A stretch of 64,000 nt of DNA, from contig JBDHZC010000003.1 in NCBI GenBank assembly GCA_039811685.1, positions 160,001 through 224,000 of the forward strand, read 5' to 3'. Every line of letters starts with the position of its first letter. Position 1 is the stretch's first letter. Positions 27,470 through 37,257 of the stretch are shown here, piece after piece. The notes beneath the pieces are model-generated. The model did no database searches and was not told the origin of the DNA. It saw nothing but the letters and a program-made list of their open reading frames with translations. Origin of the DNA: Armatimonadota bacterium. GTDB lineage: Bacteria; Armatimonadota; UBA5829; DSUL01. The position numbers and the translations under genes were made by a program.

Positions 27470-30400
27470 TCAGCCAGCCGAAATCGCGGCCGTGTTGTTC
27501 TCTTCGTCGCGCTCAAATACCGCGTCATCCGGATCGAGCCGCACGCGGAGATGACTTCTGCTCGCACCTTCGGGCAAGGGAAGGCTGACGACAACCGTGC
27601 TCAGGGTCAGGTTGCGCGGGCTTGCCAGCGCCTTCACGGGATGCGACGAAAGCTGTTTCCATGCCCCGCCGCTTTGCTGCTCCAGCGCGACTCTGAAGGC
27701 AGAGGACGGTGCGTTCCCAATGTTGTGCACAGTAATGTATAGCTTTTGTCCTCTAACTTGAATATCACGAGTCGCGATAGCCAGATCCGGCGCCTTCACT
27801 GGAATTGTGGCGGCCTCATCGAGGCGAAGGTCAATCTCGTACTCCTTGCCTGGGGGAAGCTCAACGTAAACTGGCTGCGCCCGGTGCAGAATTTTCATCT
27901 TCTGGCGCGGACCCCAAGCGTACCGGTGTTGTCCTGCGTGCTCTCCGCCCAGGACGCGGCCTGTCATCAGGATGTATGTCCCGGGCTTCAGCAGCCACGG
28001 ACGCAGAGCGATCTTCTTCGTCTCCTTCCAGAACGAGTACATCCGTATGCGCAGGCGCTGGGGTGTGCTTTCGGTCACCAGAGCGGCAAAACCGGTGTCG
28101 GGTGTGACGTAGGTCACGGCAAAAGTTGGAGTGGACGCGTCGCGCAGCCCCTCTACTGCTCCGGTGTAGGCGCCAAAGACCGTGAGCGCATTATTCAGCG
28201 CTGCGCGGTCAGTGGACAAAACCTCGGTTGTCTGCAACTCCAGGTTGGTTCTGTTCGCCTCGGCAGTTCGTTGAAAGCTGCGCATATAGCGGTCCAGATT
28301 GTAGTCGGTCCGGTAAATCTGAGCGGGATCACCAAAGCGTCGCGTGTACTCGTCATAGACCCGCTCTCCCGTGAGATAGCGATACAGCGCTGTCTTGTTG
28401 GGATCGGCCATGCTCGCCATCGCCAGATTACAGTACTCAACCGTTCCTGGCGCGGGATTTCCTGAAGGCAGCGGCCCGAGCGTCGCCCCATCCATCAGAA
28501 GCTGAAAAGGCTTCAAAAACGTCCTGTCTCCACTTAGCGCATAGGCGCACAGGATTGCGTCGTGGATCATTGTTCCCATCTGCCCGTAGTAGTTGCGTTT
28601 TTGGTCCCACCACGGATATCCGCCGGGAGGAGAGATGGATCCGGACGGATACCAGAGGCTTTCAGGAGGCAGGCCGGGCAGCTTCGTATCGCTTTTCGAG
28701 CTGGTCGCTGCGGCCCAACCCTTGCACCATCGGAGGAACCAGTCTCTGGCCACCGGATCACCCTGCCATGCCTGCCAGATGAGGTGCTTCATCGTGCGCG
28801 CGTTGTAGCCGGTATCACCTCCGGCCTGCGGCTGGGTGTGTACCCCGTTCCATCCATACTCGCTGGACTTGAACCGCGGATAGCCTTTCGCGTCAATACC
28901 CAGAAAGCGCTCAATAATCGTCTTGCACGATCTCATGTTGCGCTCCACCCAGAGCGGGTCCCCATAGCGCAGAAAAAGCATCGTGGGCAGCGTATCCGCA
29001 GACGGCTCAGCCGAGTGCTCCACATCCCCCACCTTGTCAAAACCATCCTTCAATACAGACTTCCAGACGCCATCAGCAAGCTTCTCAATGCCGGCCTGGG
29101 CTTGTGTGGCTCCAGTCGAGATTGCGGCGATTTGCATCCAGGTGCGCATCAGCTCGACATCGTCTCCCCAGCCACCACCAAGCTGTCCATCCGGCGCCTG
29201 GCGCTTCTCGAACCAGACATCCATAAGCCGCACCTGCCGCGCGTAGGCTTCGTGAAGATAAGCCGCCCATGCAGGATGACGCTGCGTATCTGCGTTCAAC
29301 TCCTCTCCCCACGGAATCGTCTCGCCCGTGTACTCCCGAAGGATCACATTTTCTGGCCACAGCTTCTTCAGATCACGCATCCAGCCCACAGCTTCACCAA
29401 CCACCTCGTTGTTACCGCCCTCCTTTCCGTCCCAGTAGCGGTAGCGGGCCTTGTACAGCAGGGCCTTGTAGTAGAAGGGATTGTTCTCACGACCCAGAGC
29501 CACAAGTCGCGACGCCGATATTTTGCCGCTGCGCGCCATTTTCAGGTCCGCAAACCATCCTGATGCTGTGGCCAATGCGGATATCGCAGGGTTTTCCGGA
29601 CTCTTGCTCAGCAGCCGCTGCCAGGCCCGCGCCACTTCGGCTAACTCACCTGTCCGGTCGCTCTCCTGAAAACGCAGGTCGCCTGCCACATAGGACCACC
29701 CGGCCATTCCGATCAGCGTGTCCGCATGGGCCTGGAAATCGTGCAACGCGTCGGCTATCTGACCCCTGTTGAACTTATCAATCGCCGCCGAAGCCCAGGC
29801 AGGGCCATCTCCGGGGCTGTCCAGCGCCAGCTCTCTTCCTTCCCGGCTAATAGGGAGACGTGGAAGGCTTTCGAGGTATTCAGGCGTTCCCGCTGCAGGT
29901 GTTACCCGTTCATAGACGCGCACGTTGTCTGCGTACAATCCAGCCCAGGTCACAATACCGGCGCGGTCAAAGCCGGGTCCACCCAGTGGGTCCCGCACCG
30001 TTGCGTGAACGAGAACTTTCCCGTTGACCCTCAGGGTGAGCTCCCGGCCCTCCTTGGTGGCGGAAATGTGGTAGGTTTCCCCCTGCCGGATCAGCACCTT
30101 CGGATGCTGGTCAACCACGCTGAACCCGGGCCCCACAATCTGATTCACGCGGTTATTCTGGCCGCCGAACGCCAGCAGATACCTGTATCCGTACTCTGAA
30201 CTGGCCGCCAGTCCCGCCGACAGATCAACCGGCGGATAGCGAGGGTCAGCCTCCGCGTCAAACTCAAGTCGTACGTCGGGCTTGAATCCGCGGTCAATTA
30301 TCGCAAAGACGCCGCTGCCGGTGAGATGCAGGCGTCCGTTTTCAATGCTGATCTCTCCGTTCACAGCCTTCCATTCCAGACCAACTTCGTCCCTTTGAAA

Positions 30401-30517
30401 ATCGTCACTCCAAACCAGTTTCCATTGCGCATTATCGTGCCTGATCTCCGTCTGAGAGAGCGCTGCGAACGGATGGAGCCACATTACTAACATCAGAAGA
30501 TAAAGAGCACTCTTCAT
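27470..30517 (-). CDS. Large secreted protein: ConA/LamG-like N-domain, alpha/alpha-barrel-like core, CARDB-like C-domain
   Basis: Signal peptide; WKLVWSDDF; core motifs GGGWGDDVE and DVEHSAE; PDLAI...TVHNIG...LDPDDAVFERDEENN (CARDB). Confidence 0.7.
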   Translation of the reverse strand: MKSALYLLMLVMWLHPFAALSQTEIRHDNAQWKLVWSDDFQRDEVGLEWKAVNGEISIENGRLHLTGSGVFAIIDRGFKPDVRLEFDAEADPRYPPVDLSAGLAASSEYGYRYLLAFGGQNNRVNQIVGPGFSVVDQHPKVLIRQGETYHISATKEGRELTLRVNGKVLVHATVRDPLGGPGFDRAGIVTWAGLYADNVRVYERVTPAAGTPEYLESLPRLPISREGRELALDSPGDGPAWASAAIDKFNRGQIADALHDFQAHADTLIGMAGWSYVAGDLRFQESDRTGELAEVARAWQRLLSKSPENPAISALATASGWFADLKMARSGKISASRLVALGRENNPFYYKALLYKARYRYWDGKEGGNNEVVGEAVGWMRDLKKLWPENVILREYTGETIPWGEELNADTQRHPAWAAYLHEAYARQVRLMDVWFEKRQAPDGQLGGGWGDDVELMRTWMQIAAISTGATQAQAGIEKLADGVWKSVLKDGFDKVGDVEHSAEPSADTLPTMLFLRYGDPLWVERNMRSCKTIIERFLGIDAKGYPRFKSSEYGWNGVHTQPQAGGDTGYNARTMKHLIWQAWQGDPVARDWFLRWCKGWAAATSSKSDTKLPGLPPESLWYPSGSISPPGGYPWWDQKRNYYGQMGTMIHDAILCAYALSGDRTFLKPFQLLMDGATLGPLPSGNPAPGTVEYCNLAMASMADPNKTALYRYLTGERVYDEYTRRFGDPAQIYRTDYNLDRYMRSFQRTAEANRTNLELQTTEVLSTDRAALNNALTVFGAYTGAVEGLRDASTPTFAVTYVTPDTGFAALVTESTPQRLRIRMYSFWKETKKIALRPWLLKPGTYILMTGRVLGGEHAGQHRYAWGPRQKMKILHRAQPVYVELPPGKEYEIDLRLDEAATIPVKAPDLAIATRDIQVRGQKLYITVHNIGNAPSSAFRVALEQQSGGAWKQLSSHPVKALASPRNLTLSTVVVSLPLPEGASRSHLRVRLDPDDAVFERDEENNTAAISAG

Positions 30518-30599
30518 AGCGCCTAAGGATACCACATGGGAGACGCACAGTTCTCTATCTCGGGGAATGTGGTTTCAAGCGGTATCACAAGTCGTCAGC

Positions 30600-30628
30600 T
30601 TGACACAAGCCGCGCTTTGCTGTACCTT
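30600..30628 (+). promoter_or_regulatory. sigma70-type promoter of the prepilin gene pair
   Basis: TTGACA-17 bp-TACCTT. Confidence 0.55.
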
Positions 30629-30660
30629 AGAGGAAGAAGGTAGTCTTTTCGGAGTCGATT

Positions 30661-31461
30661 GTGGCTTTTTCAAGAAATCTGCGGCTCTATGCCTGGTCCG
30701 CGCCCTTCAGACGGTCGTCTAAGGGTTTCACGCTGATAGAGTTGTTAGTGGTGATTGCGATCATCGCTATTCTGGCTGCCATTCTGTTCCCTGTGTTCTC
30801 ACGCGTGCGCATGCGCGCCAACGTCGCGAAGTGCACCAGCAACATGGCGCAGCTTGCCAAGGCCATGGTCATGTATGCCAATGACAACAAGGGCTATCTT
30901 CCAACTCCGGGGTGGAGTGGAGACTGGCCGAACTGGGCAGGATGCAAACCTCCGCAGGCGACTGCGCAGATGCCGAAGGCCAACTGGGTCTATCCAGAGG
31001 CCGGACAGATCTGGCCGTACGTGAAAGCTGCCAGGGTCTATCTTTGTCCGCAGGATGTGAAGAGGGCCGCTAACCCGGACTACTGGGATCCGCCGGCTGG
31101 TAAGTCCATCAAGGACATGCCGTTGTCCTACTCTATGAACGGCCGCTTTTCAACGGGAAATCCGGACGGTAGCGGGGCTACACCGATGGACAGCGTGCGT
31201 GGAAATATTGACCCTGCGCAGATAATGCTGCTCATTCAGGAGGCTCGAAACCGGGAAGATACCTCCCCGGTAGTCTGGTCTGCTGGAATGAATGATTCGG
31301 TGTTTGATGCGCACCCGGGCAACTTACAGGACAATCCGAACCACGTGCACTACGACGGTACATGTGTAGCCTACCTGGACGGTCACGCGAAATGGAAGCC
31401 GTACAAGCAGCTCGATACAGAGCACAGAAATGGGCAATGGATGCCCTATTCGCGGTATTGA
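30661..31461 (+). CDS. Prepilin-type N-terminal cleavage/methylation protein with H-X9-DG C-terminal motif (DUF1559-like)
   Basis: [46 protein letters not shown]. Confidence 0.9.
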   Translation: MAFSRNLRLYAWSAPFRRSSKGFTLIELLVVIAIIAILAAILFPVFSRVRMRANVAKCTSNMAQLAKAMVMYANDNKGYLPTPGWSGDWPNWAGCKPPQATAQMPKANWVYPEAGQIWPYVKAARVYLCPQDVKRAANPDYWDPPAGKSIKDMPLSYSMNGRFSTGNPDGSGATPMDSVRGNIDPAQIMLLIQEARNREDTSPVVWSAGMNDSVFDAHPGNLQDNPNHVHYDGTCVAYLDGHAKWKPYKQLDTEHRNGQWMPYSRY

Positions 31462-31620
31462 TATAATTCTATTCGCAGGAGTTGTGTTTCAGTGATGAGG
31501 CATTTTTCAGTTACAAGGCATTGGAATCGCGGTTTTAGACAAGCACGGACAATCTGCACAACTGATTGGGCGATGCGTGCTTCCGGTCAAAGCTCTATTG
31601 GCCTGATCTCTCCTGGCCGG

Positions 31621-32343
<723 letters not shown>

Positions 32344-32391
32344 GGAGCTCTGCTAGAAAGTCTTACGTCTCAGGCCGGAGATCATGGTACA

Positions 32392-35300
32392 ATGACGTCG
32401 TATCGCGACGTCGAGCAGTCAAGGGCCGGTCGCGCACTCTGTCTGGTCAGCCACGCCGTCAGAATTGTTCCGGCTGCCAGGTCGAGTCGGGAGGGTGTAT
32501 TGCTTCGATTTAGAGTTTTTCCTGCGTTGTTCTGCGCGCTCACACCGCTGCTTGCTGCTGTTTCTCTCGGTGGACTTTCTGCAGCTCCTTCGATCCAGTT
32601 TGGCGATCCTGAAACGGTCCAGGAAGTGGACCAGCTGCTCAATGGCGTCTCTATGGATTTCGATCCGTCCAACCGCGCCCACATCTCCTACGTCAACTAC
32701 AGCGCTGGCAACATTGTCATGTACGCCTACTACAATGGCACGAAATGGATCACGCAGTCTCTCCCTCAGCTTCGTGTGCTGTCTTCGATTTCGCCAACCT
32801 CCCTTCGTATTGATTCTGCCGGATACCCTCATATCGCGTGTAACGGAGTCAGCTATGATTATGCCTACAAGGATGCATCAGGCTGGCACTTCCAGGACGT
32901 CGCGGGTCGCGTGGGTTCTCCATCACTTCGATTTGGCTCGGATGGCAAACTGCGTCTGGCTTACTACGACGCAGATATTCAAGCGTATCGGTTCGGAGTG
33001 CGCTCCGGTGGTGTCTGGACACTGGAGACTGTGGCTCCCACCATCTATCATTCTGGTAAGATTCCGTGGGAGTGGTGTTCGTTAGTGCTGGATTCTTCGG
33101 ACAAACCTCGCATTTCTTTCTGGGACCAGGATGCAGACACTCTTAAATACGCCTACAAGTCCGGAGCTTCCTGGATCCGTATCACGGTCGATGGCAATCC
33201 TGCTCAGGTTGGGTTTCCAAACAGTATTGAGTTAGACTCCAGCGGGAATCCTCACATCATTTACAGCGACTACACGAACCATCGTGTGCGCCATGCCTGG
33301 ATTGAAAGCGCGCTGTGGAAATGGGAAGATATCACTTCAGCAGGCGCGGCGGATGCGCTCAGTGTGGATATGAGCCCCAGTGGCGTTCTGGGAGTCGGAG
33401 CGGCTATTAACGGCCAGATATACTACTTCCGCAAGATAAATAACTCCTCATCCTGGGTGACATCCAGCACTCCTGGGGTTTTGCAGAGTATTGGGTTTGC
33501 GTTTAACAACTCCGGATCGCCTTTTTTCGCTATGAACTCTGCAGGGACGCTCAGGGCACAGTACTCGCTTTACTACACAGCTTTCGTCGCAGGAAGCTGG
33601 AATCGCACACTCATAGACGACGGCGGTTTCTTTGGGGAATTCGGGATATCTATATCCCGCGACGGACGCTGGATAGCTTACGGGAGCACGGGCACAGAAC
33701 AGTTGCGTGTCCGCGAAAATAGTGTGCTCGGCTATCGCCACGGGGTAATGGATGTAGGGCCAGGGTCAAACAGGAGCATGTCTGTTGACACCGCGCCGGA
33801 CGGCACTGTCTACGCAAGCTACAGAAATACTATTGACGGGTCCCTTCGAGTCGCTAAGGGACCGCAAGGACCGAACTTCTGGAACGACTGGGAGATCGTA
33901 GACAACACGGCTACCGTGGGTAACTCGTCTCTGACTGTGGGGAGTACAGGCGATATTTACGTCAGCTACGCTGACATCACTTCGGGTTCTGCTCTGCGCT
34001 TTGCGCGCAAATCGGGCGGAGCCTGGACGAAGGTGCTCGTTGACGGGGTGGGCCATAAGGGAGGCGATTCACGCATTGCTCTGAACACGGCCGGACAACC
34101 CCGAATTGCCTATACCGACGTGCTTGGCCATCAACTCTTGATCGCCTACAGCAACAATCAGGGTGCTAGCTGGACCACGCAGACCATAGACACGACCTCT
34201 GTCCAGTTTCAGTGGCCTTCGCTCGCCTACGATACCTCTAACCTGCCTCATGTCGCCTATCTGGACAGCGGCCCGGTAGATTTGAAGTACGCCAGGGGGC
34301 CAATCGAATCCTGGTCAACTCAAACGGTTGATGCTGCTGGAAGCACAGGGCTGTACCCGAGTCTTGCTCTCGATATTCAGAACCGTCCGATCATCTCTTA
34401 TTACGACAATACAGACAGGGTGCTCCGGTGCGCCTGGTATGACGGCTCTACCTGGCGGAAGCTTTCGCTCGATACCGCATTTTACACCGGGATGAACAGC
34501 AGCATTGCCGTCAACGGCAACCGGATTGATATCGCCTACAGCGATAGTAGCAACCGGTCCGTCAAGAAGATTACCGGATATTACGACTACACAGCACCGG
34601 CTACGCCTGTTGTTACGGACGCGGGGCAGTTCACAACAAATGCGTCGCAGCTGTGGGCATCGTGGACTGCCAGCGATCCGGACAGCGGAATTGACGGTTA
34701 TGAGTACGCTATTGGGACCTCTCCGACTGATCCAGGAAGCGGCTACACCGTTGGCTGGACCTCCAGATCGTCGGCGTCCGTTACCCATACTGGGTTGTCG
34801 TTGGTTAACGGGCAGACGTACTACTTCTACGTGAGAGCGAAGAATCGCGCGGGGGATTGGAGCGCGGTCGGAGTCTCAGACGGGATCAAGGTAGTTACCG
34901 GCGCGCTGCGCATCGCGGATGCCAAACAGCTTGCAGATGGCGTCTGGGTACAGCTTACTGGCAAAGTCGTCTCGCGCAACGCCAGCTTCTACTACACTTA
35001 TGTACAGGAGCCGGATCGTTCCAGCGGCATCACCATCTACAGCGAAGGCGGTGGTCTGTCCCTCGGTATTACGAAAGGCAAGATTGTCACCGTAACCGGC
35101 AGGATGGGGCATTTCCTTGGGCGCCGCTGCCTGTATGATCCGTCCGTCTCTATCACCGGAGCCACGGCGCCACCACAACCACTGTACGTTCGCGGCAGCC
35201 AACTCGGCGGCTCGCCATTCCTCTATTCAGCCGGACCGCCGGAAACCGGCGAGCGCGGATATCCTGGAAGCGTGGGACTCAACAACATCGGACTGTATCT

Positions 35301-35490
35301 GCGCATCAGCGGGCGTGTGACGGCTATCCCGAGCAGCATTTCCTTCAGGATAAACGACGGCTCACGCGTGGACGACATTAGTGTCGGCTACTCGGCTGGC
35401 CCGCTTCCTGTGGTCGGAGACTATGTTGAGGCCGTGGGCTACGCAGGTATCGGTGCGTTCTCAGCCGATAGCTGGGTCAAGAAAGACTGA
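32392..35490 (+). CDS. Secreted beta-propeller repeat protein with FN3-like domain and C-terminal recurrent module
   Basis: Repeats SLxxDxxxxPxIxY...LKYA...W...VD; WTASDPDSGI..YEYAIG (FN3-like); IADAKQLADG...EPDRSSG...GLNNIGL. True start probably ~32500. Confidence 0.75.
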   Translation: MTSYRDVEQSRAGRALCLVSHAVRIVPAARSSREGVLLRFRVFPALFCALTPLLAAVSLGGLSAAPSIQFGDPETVQEVDQLLNGVSMDFDPSNRAHISYVNYSAGNIVMYAYYNGTKWITQSLPQLRVLSSISPTSLRIDSAGYPHIACNGVSYDYAYKDASGWHFQDVAGRVGSPSLRFGSDGKLRLAYYDADIQAYRFGVRSGGVWTLETVAPTIYHSGKIPWEWCSLVLDSSDKPRISFWDQDADTLKYAYKSGASWIRITVDGNPAQVGFPNSIELDSSGNPHIIYSDYTNHRVRHAWIESALWKWEDITSAGAADALSVDMSPSGVLGVGAAINGQIYYFRKINNSSSWVTSSTPGVLQSIGFAFNNSGSPFFAMNSAGTLRAQYSLYYTAFVAGSWNRTLIDDGGFFGEFGISISRDGRWIAYGSTGTEQLRVRENSVLGYRHGVMDVGPGSNRSMSVDTAPDGTVYASYRNTIDGSLRVAKGPQGPNFWNDWEIVDNTATVGNSSLTVGSTGDIYVSYADITSGSALRFARKSGGAWTKVLVDGVGHKGGDSRIALNTAGQPRIAYTDVLGHQLLIAYSNNQGASWTTQTIDTTSVQFQWPSLAYDTSNLPHVAYLDSGPVDLKYARGPIESWSTQTVDAAGSTGLYPSLALDIQNRPIISYYDNTDRVLRCAWYDGSTWRKLSLDTAFYTGMNSSIAVNGNRIDIAYSDSSNRSVKKITGYYDYTAPATPVVTDAGQFTTNASQLWASWTASDPDSGIDGYEYAIGTSPTDPGSGYTVGWTSRSSASVTHTGLSLVNGQTYYFYVRAKNRAGDWSAVGVSDGIKVVTGALRIADAKQLADGVWVQLTGKVVSRNASFYYTYVQEPDRSSGITIYSEGGGLSLGITKGKIVTVTGRMGHFLGRRCLYDPSVSITGATAPPQPLYVRGSQLGGSPFLYSAGPPETGERGYPGSVGLNNIGLYLRISGRVTAIPSSISFRINDGSRVDDISVGYSAGPLPVVGDYVEAVGYAGIGAFSADSWVKKD

Positions 35491-35557
35491 CTTGGCCCAA
35501 TTCCGCCGTTGCGGCCTGCCTCTGGGCGAGAGTTTCTCTCAGGGGCAGGCCGTATTT

Positions 35558-37210
35558 TCAATGAAGCTGGAACCGTGTCGCTGACCACAGTTCCAAGCAG
35601 CTTTCCACTTCCATCACGAGAACCCAGTCCTGGAAAATTGGCATTACGTGCCATCCCGCTGCACCCAGCGGCATTTTCCATACGCCGTTGTCATCTGGGG
35701 TAATCTCGCCCAGGTCAATCTCTTCTGCGTTGATTGGGCTGAAGAGGTAAGCTCGGTACTGCACGCCAGGCTCAATTCCCTGAATGGTGTCCGCCGCGAA
35801 AGCTGAAGGCCAGTAGACAATTCGCAGTTTGCCAGGGATTCCCGCCGCGTAAGCGCCCATGGGGCTTTCATCAGTGTATCGCCCCTTGACCCATTCCGGG
35901 TGAGGCTCCATCTTCCACCATTCAAAGCGCTCCAGCAGCCGCTTCCCGAGCCCGATCTGCCGCGATCCGGGAAGCTGAGCCGCGTCCTGCCAGGAAGGAC
36001 CACCCCACGCCAGTCCATGGGGAGAAGGGCCATAAGGCTGCTCGGGTGTGTTGACCTGCCAGATGCCGTTTGCGCCGTAGGTATGCCCGGCGGCTCCGCT
36101 CAGCATGCTCGTCCAGAACAGCATACGCTGCACTTCCTGCCGGCAGGATTCGCCAATTCCCTCATAGCAGACTTCGCCCACCAGCGTAGGCATTTGTGGC
36201 TCTGCGGCGCGAGATCTGCTCACTGCTGCGACTGTATGGGGAAGGCTCACGCGGTCGCCGTGGCCGGTCTGCAGCATATCGAAGTCAAGAACCGAATCGT
36301 CCACCACTTCAAGCCTGCCGTCCTGGCGTGGATGGGCGGTAAGCGGACGATGAAACGGATCTACCTCCCGCACGTAGCGGGCGACCTCCGTCCACGCCTC
36401 ACGCAACTTTTCTGTATCCGCCTCTTTCGTCTCGGACAGGTAGAACGGCATTCCCGTCTCTCCCGCCAGAATCCACACCACAGGGTAAGCGCCGTACCGG
36501 GCAATCAAGTTGCGCCAGTGACGCTTCACCTTGTCTATGCCCATCTCCAGCAGGTGATAGCCCCAGCAGGCGACAATCGCGGGCACAAGACCACTCTCCA
36601 CCAGATACGCGATCCTGCGGTCAGCGAAGTTGTAATACTCCGGGTTGATCTCCCCGAAATCCGCCGTCCATGCGAATCCGGCTTCGTTGGCGGCGCGCGC
36701 ATCGAACGCTGTCATATCGGGGTAGGGGCCGGCGACAATCTGTATGAGGTTGTAACCCTTCTCCGCTCGGTCCATCGCCAGCGTCTGAAAGCCGCGCGGC
36801 CAGTCCATCCGCTTACTCAGCCCCATCCACCACGTATCGCCCAGCCACAGAAATGGAGATCCGTCCTCGTGCTCAAAATGGCGCCGGTCAGCAGCCACCC
36901 GCAGCGGGCCTTTCCTTAGAAGTGGGTTGTCTCCAGCGTAATCAACAGCGACAAACTCGGACTCAAAGCCGTGCAGCCCGCTCTCTGTGGAATCGCTGCA
37001 GACAGTGCGAACAGAGTGCTTCCCGGACCTTTGCGGGGCGAACCGCACGCGCCAGACCTCACCGCCAGCCCAGAACCCCGGAACCACCCACTCCGTTCCG
37101 TCCTCGTGACGCGCCACCATCGAAAACTCCGTGTCCACCGGTCTCCGCGGCGCCGATGAGACGAAGCCCCACTCATAAACTCTGCGAACTTCTAATGCCT
37201 GCATGTCCAC
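35558..37210 (-). CDS. DUF5060/DUF4038 (GH140 apiosidase-like) glycoside hydrolase
   Basis: GFWAGG..WRVRFAP, DGSPFLWLGDTWW, WILAGE, FDMLQTGH, GEVCYE, GHTYGANGIWQ, DWVLV. Confidence 0.85.
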   Translation of the reverse strand: MDMQALEVRRVYEWGFVSSAPRRPVDTEFSMVARHEDGTEWVVPGFWAGGEVWRVRFAPQRSGKHSVRTVCSDSTESGLHGFESEFVAVDYAGDNPLLRKGPLRVAADRRHFEHEDGSPFLWLGDTWWMGLSKRMDWPRGFQTLAMDRAEKGYNLIQIVAGPYPDMTAFDARAANEAGFAWTADFGEINPEYYNFADRRIAYLVESGLVPAIVACWGYHLLEMGIDKVKRHWRNLIARYGAYPVVWILAGETGMPFYLSETKEADTEKLREAWTEVARYVREVDPFHRPLTAHPRQDGRLEVVDDSVLDFDMLQTGHGDRVSLPHTVAAVSRSRAAEPQMPTLVGEVCYEGIGESCRQEVQRMLFWTSMLSGAAGHTYGANGIWQVNTPEQPYGPSPHGLAWGGPSWQDAAQLPGSRQIGLGKRLLERFEWWKMEPHPEWVKGRYTDESPMGAYAAGIPGKLRIVYWPSAFAADTIQGIEPGVQYRAYLFSPINAEEIDLGEITPDDNGVWKMPLGAAGWHVMPIFQDWVLVMEVESCLELWSATRFQLH

Positions 37211-37257
37211 AGGTCTTCAAGAAGTGCCTGCGCTATTCCTTTGTACCTTTTACGCCT

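Noticed and set aside
28562..29563. Long antisense ORFs (e.g. 28562..29563, 35900..36919, 27746..28465, 15038..15763)
   Set aside because: These are shadow ORFs opposite well-supported genes in GC-rich DNA, with no recognisable motifs.
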